The notes below the pieces were generated by a model, which was not told where the DNA came from, searched no databases, and saw only the letters and a list, made by a program, of their open reading frames with translations. 64,000 nucleotides of DNA from Takakia lepidozioides (lineage: Eukaryota; Plantae; Bryophyta), in NCBI GenBank assembly GCA_030704615.1, contig CM060734.1:58466001-58530000 (forward strand). Direction: 5' to 3'. Shown here one piece after another: positions 23,900 through 36,129 of this stretch. The stretch's first letter is position 1. Each line of letters starts with the position of its first letter. A program made the translations under genes and the position numbers.

Positions 23900-25130
23900 T
23901 GGTCGTTGAAAATTCACAAAAAATAGCAAAAATGGCAAAGTGGGCATCCTGGGACAATGGTTGGAGCCTCGACGGGATAGATATCAAGGGAAAGGTCTCC
24001 GGTTCAAATCTGGTCGTAGGCTATGTGGGAAAAAAATGCATTTGGACTTAGATGACATTGGACACTGGGCCAATGGCACAGGCTACCCTAGAGACGGGAG
24101 GTATATCAATAATGATCGGATATTACTACTCAATAAATTCATGAAAAGAAATAAATGGGGCCTTGTCATGGGAGACGTACTTGGATACATAGGAGATTGC
24201 ACATTGGGGTTAGATGGGCCTCGATATAGGAGACGCACATGGGAGACGCCCTTAGATATATAGGATATCGCACTTGGACTTAGATGGCATTGGACACTGG
24301 AGGTCATACTTGGGCCTCTACATGGGAGAAGCACTTAGATACATAGGAGATTACACTTGGGCCTAGATTTCAATTTTTCACACATGGGCCTCGACATAGG
24401 AGACGCACTTGGATACATAGGGGATTGCACTTGGACTTAGATGACACTGGACACTTGGGCCTATACATGGGAGATGCACTTGGATAGTCATGAGAGCTAA
24501 AGCCATTGTTACGGACGCGATGTCCTATGATGTGCTTGTTGGTGGGGCTGGTCGTTGGAAATTCACAAAAAATAGCAAAAATGGCAAAGTGGACATTCCT
24601 GGGACAATGGTTGGAGCCTTGACGGGAGAGATATCAAGGGAAAGGTCTCCGGATCAAGTCTGGTCATAGGCTCTCTGAAAAAAAAGAAATGATATTAGAT
24701 ATGGGATTGCACTTGGACACTTGGGCCTATACATTGGAGATGCACTTGGATACATGAATAGAAGATTGCACTTGGGCTTAGATTTCAATTCTTCACACAT
24801 GGGCCTTGACATAGGAAACACTACTTGAATATATAGGGGATTGCACTTGGACTTGGATTTCAATTCTTAACACATGGGCCAATGGCGAGGCCTGGATCTC
24901 CCAAACATGAGGGTTTTTAGATACATAGAGGATACATAGGGTACAGGCTATCCTAGAGGTTGCATTTGGGCCTCGACATAGGAAATACATAGAAGATCTT
25001 ACACTTGGACTTAGATGACACTTGACACTGAGGTCATTTTTGGGCCTCGATATAGGAGACGCACTTGGATATAGAGAGGATTGCACTTGACTTAGATGAC
25101 ATTGGACACTTGGGCCAACGGCACAAGCTA
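23900..25130 (+). repeat. Duplicated tRNA-like (SINE-like) head followed by degenerate ~60-70-bp tandem repeats
   Basis: 23901-24035 repeated at 24550-24690, with GGACAATGGTTGGAGC and GGTTCAAATC boxes; repeated gattgcacttggacttagatgaca units. Confidence 0.65.
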
Positions 25131-26209
25131 CCGTAGTCCAAAATAAGGAATAGTACACAATATCATCAAATCTGGAAAACAGACTAAAATTGATGTTGAA
25201 CTTGCATCTTTCTTATAATCCGACTGGTAATAAAGAACATTGTATTGTCAATTCAAACATACTTCCTAAACTGTGAATTGTCCATACTCTAATGGAACTG
25301 TGAATTGTCCAAAGATTTGCATGTTTTTAGTGCTAGGAGGTAGGGAAGTGAGCTGTGGTTGTCAACGACCTCAATTTTACCATCTACATTGCACTACTCA
25401 TACTCGCTTTGTACATGTTTTATAGAGGTTGCACATATGTTATAATGTTGCAGAAAGATAGAGAAGAAAATTGCGGTCCTCAACAACCTCCATTTCACCA
25501 TCTTTCTCACGAACCACCCATATTGGTTTTATATAGAGCTCTACATATGTTTGCATGTTTTGTGGTCCTCGACATCCAATGGATAACATACTTATATGGT
25601 TGGGATATTTACTTGAAAGTTTTCATAGGCCCTAAACGCTCATCCGTATTTGTTTGTCACTGATATGTTTGCTTACCCTAAACCTTATATCCTAAAACCT
25701 CGTTCTAATATTTGAAGCTCATTCCAAAAAAACAAAATCAACTGTGGGTTACGATAGAGTTATTGGGATGGTTAACTTATATACCTTAGTGACTGGGATG
25801 TTAAATTTGCAATTGTTACCAATTTCTTTCATTCTATGTTATATTTCTATATCTACCATTTTATTTTCCAATGTATGTCATTTGACTTCGATGTTGACGT
25901 TTTATGAATTGAGTTGCATTCACAAAGTGAATTGATTATGTTGTTTTTATTTTATTTTATTTAAATACTAAATTCTATTCAGTTTTGTCCGGGATTAAGC
26001 CAAAAGTCTAGAATTAGTTAAAGAGAGAGAAGACTCCGGCCAAAGCCGGCGTAACTAAGAGCCACTTCACCTTGCGGCTACTGCCCTCTTTCGGGGCTGG
26101 GCCCTATAAGATAAACAGATATCCTGTAGGACACCAAGTAACCGGGGGTATAGAGGTATTTATGTTGTGGAATTAGTTAAAATATTTGAGATGATGAGAT
26201 GACGGGATC

Positions 26210-26450
26210 TTATACTCTAAAACAAAATAGAGCCTGTGAATGGGAAACCAGATTTATCATTGAAATGGTGCCAAGTATGATCTATGCAAGTACCGTTCAT
26301 CCGCGGATCCGGGATGGCCGTATATATTCTAAATCATACGCATATCCGTATGATACCTGAGAAGACGCCATTTGAGCTTTGGACAAAGGAGAAGTCGTCC
26401 ATTGCACATATGAGTGTTTGGTTGTGATGCATACGTGCATGTGCCGAACG
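26210..26450 (+). mobile_element. Ty1/Copia integrase remnant (paralog of 43495-43730)
   Basis: Translates as ..EMVPSMIY..AVYILNHT..PEKTPFELWTKEK..CDAYVHVP. Confidence 0.7.
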
Positions 26451-26579
26451 ACATGAGGCAGCGCAGCTACGGTGTGAGCCTAACATGTGAGCCTGTGAGC
26501 TAGGTTCACGCTTCCCCACCACAACGTAAGCGCAGGGTGGTATTTTAAAGAAAGATAACCTATACCCGAGGTTAGGTGA

Positions 26580-29500
26580 AATAAGACATAATATCGTGGA
26601 AAATCAGATATTTCTTTGACTGAGAGAAAGATTGTAGACAATGAGTATGTCTGGGCAGAGTCTAGCTGGGCAGGAGCATGGTGAACAAATGCATGTTAGC
26701 AGCCACAGTGGTACTGTGTGGTCAGGTGGCCTACCCTGGTAGGTGTCAGCATTCACGAGTGAGAACCACCTAGTTTCCGCACGTTTTTAAAAAAACTTAT
26801 GGAGGGGCCAAACTACATGGTTGTGTCTCGTGATATGCGTACATTGGCTGAGAAGATGCGGCCATGTGTCACGAGCTTGGTGGGTGGTGGAACATAGCGG
26901 GTAGTAAGGGGATGGGAACAAGTGTGGCCATAAATGTGTTTGCGTTGGTCAGCCATGTATTAGACGTATTTAAATTTGAGTGTTTGTCAGATTTGTGCGT
27001 CAGTGGTTGCTTTGGTTAGCCAGAAGTGATTTGAGAGTTTATGGTGTAGGATATCGGATTGAGTCCATTTTTGGATGTGTACTTTTGGTATGGCTGATGG
27101 AGACGACGGCTTGTTTGTGTGCTTCTCGGGTCAGAGTGGTTAGGAGGTTATGGACTGGTCTAGGTGCAGGGGGGTCGGGGACTGGGTGAATGAACCAAAA
27201 GGGGTGTGTGTGAGCGATGTGGATGGGATACTTCGTGGGTAATACTGGGGGTTGAGAGGCGCTGAGGTGAGCGAATAGATCGGCTTTGTCATTTCCATGA
27301 ATACCAGTGTGTGAGCGGACTTTGAGGAAGTGGACTGGGTGGGTGATAGAGGTGGCTTTGTGAACAATGGCAACAATAAGGTTACGATCGGGGTGATGAT
27401 GGTGGGTAGAGGGGCGGGAGACGTGGTTTCGGATCAGATATAGGGAGGTAAGGCTGTCAGTAAAGCTATAGTATAGAAGGGGGAAGGCGCCAATCAAGGA
27501 GAGAGCGTCATGGATAGCCATAAGTTTTGCTCTAAGAAAGGTGGCAGGGCCCGGGAGCCGGAAGGCAACTCCCTGCCCGTCGCCAGCGTGGTAAATGTCA
27601 TACCCTGCCTTATGGTTGGTGAGGGAACCATCCGTATAGTGGGAGTTTGTTGGGGGATTCTTGAGGGTGGTGTTTTGTTGATATATTGAAGGAATGGGGG
27701 GATGGGGTGTTGTTGGTGTAACTTGGGGGGGGGGGGGGGGGGGGCGACTCCGCCATGCCCCAAGCTTTATTTGTTTTAATCCGGAAGGGTGTGACGGGGG
27801 TATATCTGGGTAGTGGATGATGTCTTCATTTTATGATTTATGGTTAACAGCTGTTCGAGTTGGTGAAGGAAGAGTGTCGGTATGTCTGTGTGTAGGGGGT
27901 TTTGAACGTGCAGGATCAAGGTAAGGGTAGGTTCTTTACGTTTAAGGTGTTTGGGGAGAGGGGGGGTATGAGCATATTGTAGTTGATTTATTTTGTCGAA
28001 AGGGTCTGCCGGTCTGCTGGAGGGTTTGTCTACTAGAAGGTTGGAGTCGGTCTGTTGGAGGGTCTGCCCAGTCTGCTAGAAGGTCCGTCACGGTAGTTGA
28101 ACAAGGACTTGGAAATTTTTTTGAATCTGGCCGACTCGGTGAATGGGCAGTGGGCTTATGAGCTCACCCCAAGGGCCGTACTAGCGGGGCCCGCCCGTGT
28201 ATTCATGACCTTATTATTGTAAAATGAGAGGCATTACTCATAGGGTGAAGGTATTTTTGAATGATACGTGTCAAGCAGTGTATGGATATGTAGTGTGAAA
28301 AGAAATGGGCAAAAACCCCTTTGTAGTTAGTTAGCTGATTGTTCATTGACCAGATAATGCCATTGTCACAGACATAGCTCAGAAGAACTTACCAGGAGTA
28401 AATATCAGAAGTTATCAAGTTACCATGTTACCAAAAGTTACCATGACTTACTGTGATTTACCATGATCTACCATTATTTACCATTATTTACGAAGTTACC
28501 GGGAGTTTATCAAATTACCAAGAGCAAATTGGGAAACTGCTCATGAAGCTTTCTTTGGAGGAAACTTCTCCATCAAGATACCTCATTTGTGTAAGGAAGC
28601 TTCTCCATCAAGAAACCTCCATAGGGGAAGCTTCTTAGGGAACTTCTTAGTAGCCAGTATATATAGGAGGCAAGACTGGACATTCTTAAGTCTCGCCAAC
28701 AAAAGTTCAAGCTACTCTTGTTCCCAGTTTCAGTACTCCAGTCCAGCTTCCAGTACTCTGTCTAGTTTCCAGTATCTGGTACGCCAGTCCAGTTTCCAAC
28801 ATTCCAGTATTCGAGTCGAGTCCCAGTATCTTGTACTCTTGTCCACTGTTATAAAGATCATCTTGATTCTTGTTTACCCACCATGCATTCGGCCACGCCG
28901 ACCTTGTCTTCTTGTCTAGTCCATCAACCAATATTATGGTATTTTTAAATACTTCTCTAAGTCGAGAGGGCATCTGAAGTTCAAGTACGATGTCACTGAT
29001 AATAAATGGATAGATATTGATTCTAGAGTATTTTGGGTTTGAGATGTCATTGTGACAAGAAAGGGCTTGTAAGCCATGCACATTCTAAATGGGAGGAGGT
29101 GTTGGGATAATCTGGCAGCTCAGTTTGTATGCGAATTTTCATTCGACGTAGTATGAGCAGTGTATGTGCAATGGGGGAGTGTAAGCAGGTTTGTGAGTGT
29201 AAGGAAGCTAGTGAGTACATGCCATTGTAGTTTAAGGCAATGTGTTTAAGAAGTCCCTGGTAGATGATACCTAGACATCCTGGGTCGTTGAGCGCTTCTT
29301 TTAATTGTATGCCCAATGTCCTGGCATATGAGATGATTAATGGGCTAGCTCCGATTCCGTAGTTATCAGTTGGGAATTGTGTAAGAGCATTAGGGGTACT
29401 AATTGGTAGACCACATACATGTTTAGTAAGATGAATAATTTTTTTGTCTAGTTTTTTGACGTCAGGTATGGAGAAGGGGGCAGCATGGAACGAGTATTGA

Positions 29501-31580
29501 ATTTGTGTTTGTAATACTGATTTAATGATTGAGAGTTTGGGGCGGATGACAATAAGAGCTTTGAGCAAGGGTAGACTTTGGCATCTAGTTTGGATGTCGT
29601 TGTTGCTTTCTGTACGTGCCATGTAAAGGAGGGTACTAATTGGATACCGAGATAGGTGTATGATTCATCTGGTCCTAGGAAGGGGAAGGGTGTATTTTGG
29701 TAATGTACATAGAGTTTATAATGTGAGGCCATGGCAGTTTTAGTAAGTCAACTTTGGTGTGTAGCGGCTATAATGGCGCACTTGTGCAAACTAATTTCCA
29801 TGCCAGACCATTGATTGAATGTGGATAGTTTGGTAACTTATCGGTTTAGATGTTGTGGTTTATGCAAGGATGGCAAGGTCGTCTGCATATGCTGCGGCTG
29901 AGATGTCGCTAGTGGAAGTTTCTATTGATATCCTAGCTTACCTCGAGCAAACCATCTAAGTAGCGGTTCTAAAAAGATGATGATTAGGTAGGGGCTTAGA
30001 GTGTCCCCTTGGAAAGTGCCTCGGAGAATGGAAATAGGAGGGGTGGAGCCATAATAGGCACCAAAGTATTCAGTGGTGTTGTTTGAGTATATATTTCCTA
30101 TTAGGTGAACGGCATCCGTAGGATATCCAAGATCAAACATGATGGTGAGTAATCTAGCGTGATCTAGAGAGCCAAATGCATTCTTAAAGTCGATATATAG
30201 TAGATATATGTCTTGCTTTGTGAGTTTTACGTCTTCAAGGGCGGATAAAACATATTAAATTTGTCGGGTTGTACTCCGTGTGGCTCGGAATCCTTCTTGG
30301 GGGTCGCTGAGAATTTGGTGTTGTTCACCGTAGCTTGACAACATTGTGGTGAGCGTGCTAGTGAATAACTTATATATGGTGTTGGCCAGTGCAATGGGTC
30401 TGTAGTTACTAAGGTCATTAGGGTCACTTTTTTTTAAAAACAAGATGGTACGGCTATGCTTCCAAGAGTGTGGTATACGTTGCAACTTGTAACAAAGGTG
30501 AAATTTTTTGTAGAGGAGATGGTGATGTTGGGGGTCTAGTGCTTGCAGTATACCGTTTGGTATAAGATCGGGGTTGGGGGCTTTGGATTTAGATAGTTTT
30601 TTAAGACATGACTCATAGAGGTCAATCGTGAATAGGTCCAGTAGTATGCGATCTGTTGGGGTTCCCCTGTTGTCTATTGAGAAACCGTCTCTTTCATGCC
30701 ATGGGTAGTGTTTAGCTTTGCACGTGCAATTGGTGGTATGGAGAGTGGGATTGAGACAGTTTGTGACGGTAGGTGTGTAGGTTGAGGATGCTTGTGTCCA
30801 TATTTCCTGGTGATGTCCTTTGGGTTGGTGAGGCGGTGGCCAAGCTTGTGTTTGAGACAGTCAATGGGTGGGTTGAGGGCCGGGTTGAAGATGGCTTTGT
30901 GAGTTTTTTTTGGGGTAGTCATGTAGCAGCTGGTTGAAAGAGGAGACAAATTTTCTATGATTGGTGGCAGCTTTTTGTTTGGTGATATTGTAGGCACATT
31001 TCTTAGCATCTCTACCAATTCTGGAGGAGAAGCTATCCAACTAGGTAGATTGTGGGGGTTGTCGGGTGGGGGCATAAGTGCTTGACATGCTATTAGGGTG
31101 GATAGGCAGGTGATGCGGGGATCTGTGGCCCAAGTATTATCTGGGTGTATAGAGGTAGTGGTGGGTATGATAGTGAGGGCTCGTCTAATTGTATGGTAAG
31201 TGTTAAGATAAGATGTCCAGGTGCATTTTTGTACGCGAGTTAGGTAGCCCCCATTTTGTTTTGATCGTGTAGTTTGCGGTATCTCAGGGGGGGCAGAGCA
31301 GGTGACGATGACTGACTTGGTCATTTCTTGCATTAATGTTGTGAGTATGATTTCGGATTCGGTCCAGGCTTGATCTGGGGATTGCGTAAGGTTTGCATCA
31401 GTGAGTATGTCTGAGAGTTTGATCATGAGGTATGAGGATGTTGGTTGAAAGTTTTTGAGAAAGGCGGCGATGTTCCGTTGGGGGAGTGGAGATAGAATTA
31501 TGGCTTGAGGTGACGGAACATGGACTGATGGTATAGGCCGGAAGGGGATGAGGGATGGTGGGAAGGTTACAGAAACAGGG
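26580..31580 (-). mobile_element. Decayed LINE with RT, RNase H, CCHC and restriction-like endonuclease motifs (Dualen/RandI-like)
   Basis: NYRPIAL, QEGFR, YIDFKNAF, RGTFQGDTLSP, YADDL; RNase H FTDSL..KVRSHTGIHGNDKAD (27039-27521); PLC..DTWPHLLSQC..RHNHVV (~26820-26900); PDILIV (~26640-26660). Confidence 0.8.
28262..28926 (+). mobile_element. Probable solo LTR inserted in the LINE
   Basis: TGAT...ATCA termini, internal TATA-like tatatata at ~28658, interrupts LINE coding sequence; no clean TSD. Confidence 0.5.
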
Positions 31581-31834
31581 TAATGGTCCGAATCCTAGTT
31601 GCAAATTTGGACGTGACGTGGTGTTGATGTGTCAGCGTCACGTCCGACGTCAGCGACGGACGTGCGTCACGTCACGTCCTAAACCGACGTTACTGTACAT
31701 AAATATATATATATTTTTTACTTTACTATTGACTATTTACTATGAGAACCGACGTGGCAACCGATGTGGCCTCATTACGTGGACTTCATTAATTATCTGT
31801 AAAATTCATATATTATGATTTATATTGTCAATCA

Positions 31835-32250
31835 TGCGACCATCAGCAAAGGTTGGTCGGACAAAATTTTATTTATTTTAATAGGTGCGACCACCAGAAA
31901 TGGGGAAGTCGTACATTTTTTCTTTTTTTAAAAATTGGGTGCGACCACCAGTAGGTGGTGGTCGCAGCATTTTCATTTTTCTTAATAGGTGCGACCACAA
32001 GCAGAGAGTGGTCGCACATTTTCTTTTTTTTAAAAATTGGGTGCGACCACCAGCAGGTGGTGGTCGCAACTTTTTCATTTTTTTTAAATAAGTGCGACCA
32101 CCAGCAGGGGATGGTCGCACATTTTTAATTATTTTTTAAATGGATGCGACCACTAGCCGGTGGTGGTCACAGACTTTTTTCTTTTTTGTTATTAGGTACG
32201 GCCGCTTATGGGGGGTCGCACATTTTCTTTTTTGTTATTAGGTGCGACCG
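31835..32250. repeat. Array of ~8 palindromic TGCGACC-N-GGTCGCA units, period ~51 bp
   Basis: Units at ~31835, 31885, 31940, 31990, 32042, 32093, 32145 and 32197, separated by T/A-rich spacers. Confidence 0.85.
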
Positions 32251-32613
32251 CTCCCTGGACACGTGGCGAGGCGTGAATGGGCAGCAGAGGCGGTCGCGCG
32301 CCAGGCCTCTCCAGGCAGTATATAAGGGCCTACCCCTCATTCCCAACCCACTTTTCATCTATTTGTGAGTGTGGTTCTGGGGCTTCTTGGAATTTGAACT
32401 TCGGTTGCCAGGACTTAGCGTGGTGGGGGAAGAAAGTAGATTTGTGCGGGGGGGGAGTTTTTGCCTTTTTTTCCTGGGACTGCGAGAGCGTTTGCTTTTG
32501 GTACTATACCAATAGAGGGTGAGGAAATTGGTCTGCTAGTAAATAAGGTTATCAATAGTCTAGGTTTAGTTTTCCGTTACGAAGCCGTGTCTATTCCGCA
32601 GAGTACTTTCATC

Positions 32614-34110
32614 ATGTCCGGAAACGTTGCTTCGAATGCAGTGTCAGAGGGTTCCTCGGTAAGTGGGCGTAAAGGTAGGAAGCGTAAACATGTACATGAA
32701 CGGGATAGTCAAGTCAACAAAAAAGACTATCCAAGCGCAGAGGCCGCGAAGGTCGTGAAGCAAGTAGTGCTGGATTATTTGAAGGACAATGACATAATGC
32801 GTTTGAATCTTTTGCATGTCCGACATGGGAATGAGGGGTTCCTTAGATTCCAGCACAATATGGAAATGAGAATAAGGGAGGAGGAGGACAGGGGATGAAT
32901 GGGAGGAGGACAGGGCGAAGTTCCAGTTCACAAAATGGATGGAGGACCGGGCCCATGATGCCACATGAAATCTGAGGCAAACCATGGACAAGTTTGTTAC
33001 GAGAACACATGTCACATGCCAACTTCGGAGGAGGAGTTGTTTGTGCTTGTGGATTGGTGGTCTGACATAGCAAAGGCCCACACCAAACTACGTACGAAAC
33101 CATTCCCATGGAAGGTAGGGTCCTCGTCCGCGGATGCAGCATTGAACGTGAGATACATATCCACAAACGCACAAGTACAACTCGACATGCCCAAACATGG
33201 AGGGTATGGTACAATTCGGAGGGTTAGAATTGTTGGGGATCAATTCATTCCTCCATCTTGGGAGCTAGAAGGGAAAACGCCCAGGGAAACAAATGTTGAG
33301 CTTGCCAAAGTCCAACATAACAATGAGGCGTTGGCTGTAAAGTTCCACCATTTCGGCATCATAAAGTATTTTGCGTTGCATCCACGTCAAAATGAAAGTT
33401 ACACACGTTGGTGGAATGGGGGGACCATACGATCATGGTTGAGTATTAATAGGAAATGGGGGAATGATCGGGATAACAGGGAGTTAATGGAACGACGAGG
33501 AACGGAGCAGGAAATGCAGGAAGTCAACCGACTGGTTCGATTCTGACAGAATCGCACCCAATTAGCATGGGCGTTTTTGCACATCATGCTCAACGTCCAT
33601 AATCGCCACCGCTTGCACAACGACATGTCCCCCGACAACATCTTGTTGCATTTTCCACAAGGGTCTGAAGATGTGTACATCGGGGTATGCGATTGGGGGA
33701 TGGCCTCCATGACGGATGACCCAAAAACCACGTTGTACACTTTCGAGAGCAGAGACAAGATGATAAAGACTCTCGCACATAGATGGTGGATTGCACCTGA
33801 AATTGCAATTGTTCATAATATAGCCAATAACCAGTCAGATGACACACCTCGTAGGCCCCATCTAACCGTGCCATCAGAGACCTTTGCAATTGGGAAGATA
33901 GCCCAGGCAATAAATGAGGGTAATACGTTCGATGCAAGCCTGTTCAACGATATGTCTACTGGAACCTGTTTTGCTTCCGCTCTGGAAAACTTGTGTGTAG
34001 ACACAGTAGAGTTGCGGTACAAACTAGAAAATGTTGTGAAGCGTTTCATGACGGGGCTATTCAATTGGCCTGAGCCCAAAACTTGCTGGAAGATGGATAG
34101 AAACTTGTAG
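32614..34110 (+). pseudogene. Intronless atypical protein kinase pseudogene, repeat-embedded
   Basis: HGGYGTIRRV, HNDMSPDNILL, CDWGMA, WIAPE; in-frame TGA at 33544 plus upstream stops and frameshifts. Confidence 0.75.
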
Positions 34111-34279
34111 ACCTCTGACTGTACATCATGTTTGAATAAAGGTTGTTTTCAATTGTGTTTGTCTCGTACCATAATGTTTTAATGGTTTGTTACTTGGCCA
34201 TGGCACTTGGGTCCATCATATGGGATAATCAAGCACCACACCACACCCACGAATCTTGAAGAATGACAGTGTACACCGG

Positions 34280-36120
34280 GTCAATGGGTGAACCAATCGT
34301 TCCCCTGCCAAATGATTTTAGATTGATTTGAAACTTTGGGAGTGTCTTGTACATGCCCTCTTTAAGTTACCGGACAAGTATGAGGTCAATCTAAAATGGT
34401 TCTAAGGGTGAACCAATAGTTCCCCTATTAAATGATTCATGATTGAAAATTGATTGAAAGGTTTAACGAGTCGTTCGGGGGGCAAATGATTATTTCTTCG
34501 CTTGCAACTTTGTGTCCGTGATTTGTACGTATTTAAGTACATATGGACCAAAGTTGAACTTCAACAAAGTTATTTGGATGGGTTATTCAAATTCATAAGG
34601 AGAAATAACCTTTCACCTACACATGAATTGTTTTTAATTGCATTCTGAAGCTATATGCTTGATAACAACATGAAGAGTTGCATGCAAAATATCACCATGA
34701 ACAGACATCGTCTGCATCCAAAACATATTTTATTCCCTCATTTGCACTCCAAAGTGAAGTTATCTTCAACTTCATGCACTCTTCATAGGAGAGTTCTGCA
34801 ATAATGAGCATAGAGCAAAGGATGGACGTTTTTTTCCAAACATTTTTCCTTGGTATATTTTTTGGCAAGGATGTGGTGGTGTGAGAGTTCAACTCACAGA
34901 ACAAAATCAAGCCAAAAACAAAATCATTGCGCCCCACACTCATTGCGCCCCACAATCCTATGCCATCTAAATCATTTTATTCAGTAAAAATCCAATTCAA
35001 TTCAAAATTGGATGAAAGGGTGAACGGAAACTTCCCTGATGAAATGATATTTTACTGTTCCAGAACTTTGCAAGTGTCTTCTACATGCCCTCTTACACGT
35101 CTTTGAGAAGTATGACATCAATCTAAAATGGTTTAAAGGGTGAACCAATCGTCCCCCTACAAATGATTTTAAATTGATTTGAAACTTTGCAAGTTTCTTG
35201 TACATGCCCTCTTACAGGTCTTTCACAAGTTTTAAGTCAATCTAAAATGGTTGAAAGGGTGAATCAATCATGAACATATCAAATGATTTTGGAGTGCTTT
35301 AAAGCTTCGCAAGTGTCTTTTACATGACATTTTAAAAGTACCGGACAAGTATGAGGTAGTAAAATATGGTTGAAAGGGTGATCCAATTGTTCCCCTATCA
35401 AATGATTTTACATGCTTTGAAGCTTTGCAAGTGTCAGCCACATGCCCTCCTACAAGTACCGGACAAGTATGACGTGAATAAAAAATGGTTGAAATGGTGA
35501 ACCAATCATTTCACTATCAAATGATTTTATATTGCTTTGGATGTCATTGCTTTGGTACTTCTAGCCCCCCAATGGCCCATTGTAACCCTTGAATTACAAT
35601 TCAAAATGCAATTCAAGCCCTTAAATTTGATAATGCCATCCCTAAAATGACTAACCCTGGCCGCCCCTCAAATTGTAATTTGAGCCCTTGAAATTGTCAA
35701 TTCCAACCCTTCAAATTGTAATTGAAGCCCCTGAAATTTAATTCCAACCCCTTAAATTGCACTTCTAGCCCCTGAAATGGCAATTTCCGCCCCTCAAATT
35801 TCAACTGTAGCCTGTGAAATGGCAATTGCTAGTGCAGCCCCTGAAATTAACAATTGAAGCCCCTGGAATGGCAGTTTTAGCCCCCTCAAATTGCAAGTCC
35901 AGCCCCTGGAATTGGCAATTCGAGCCCCATAAATGACAATTTCAGCCTCTGAAATTAACTATGGGTGAACCAATCATTCCCCTGCCAAATGATTTTGGAT
36001 TCATTTGAAACTTTGTGAGTGTCTTGTACATGCCCTCTTAAAGTTACTGGACAAGTATGATGTCAATGTTAAATGGTTCAAAGGGTGAACCAACAATTCC
36101 CCTGCTGGATGATTCATGAT
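34280..36120 (-). repeat. ~120-bp tandem repeat array, with a ~21-bp gcccctgaaattgcaatt array at 35560-35960
   Basis: Repeated aagggtgaaccaatc..aaatgatttt..acatgccctctt..gacaagtatga. Confidence 0.85.
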
Positions 36121-36129
36121 TAATCATTA

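Larger units (their letters stand above)
9922..26645 (+). repeat. Segmental duplication copy A (9922-10411 plus 21299-26645) of 40876-43906, expanded by insertions
   Basis: Near-identical blocks, e.g. ctagctgagagcaaaacacttttgagtcttcacaagg at ~9937 and ~40886; colinear to gtagacaatgag at ~26645 and ~43906. Confidence 0.92.

Noticed and set aside
25675-25700. Telomere-like CCCTAAA remnants at an indel junction
   Set aside because: Only one or two degenerate units; not distinguishable from chance
31835-32250. CRISPR-like palindromic repeat-spacer array
   Set aside because: Eukaryotic context, degenerate repeats, low-complexity and mutually similar T/A spacers, no cas genes
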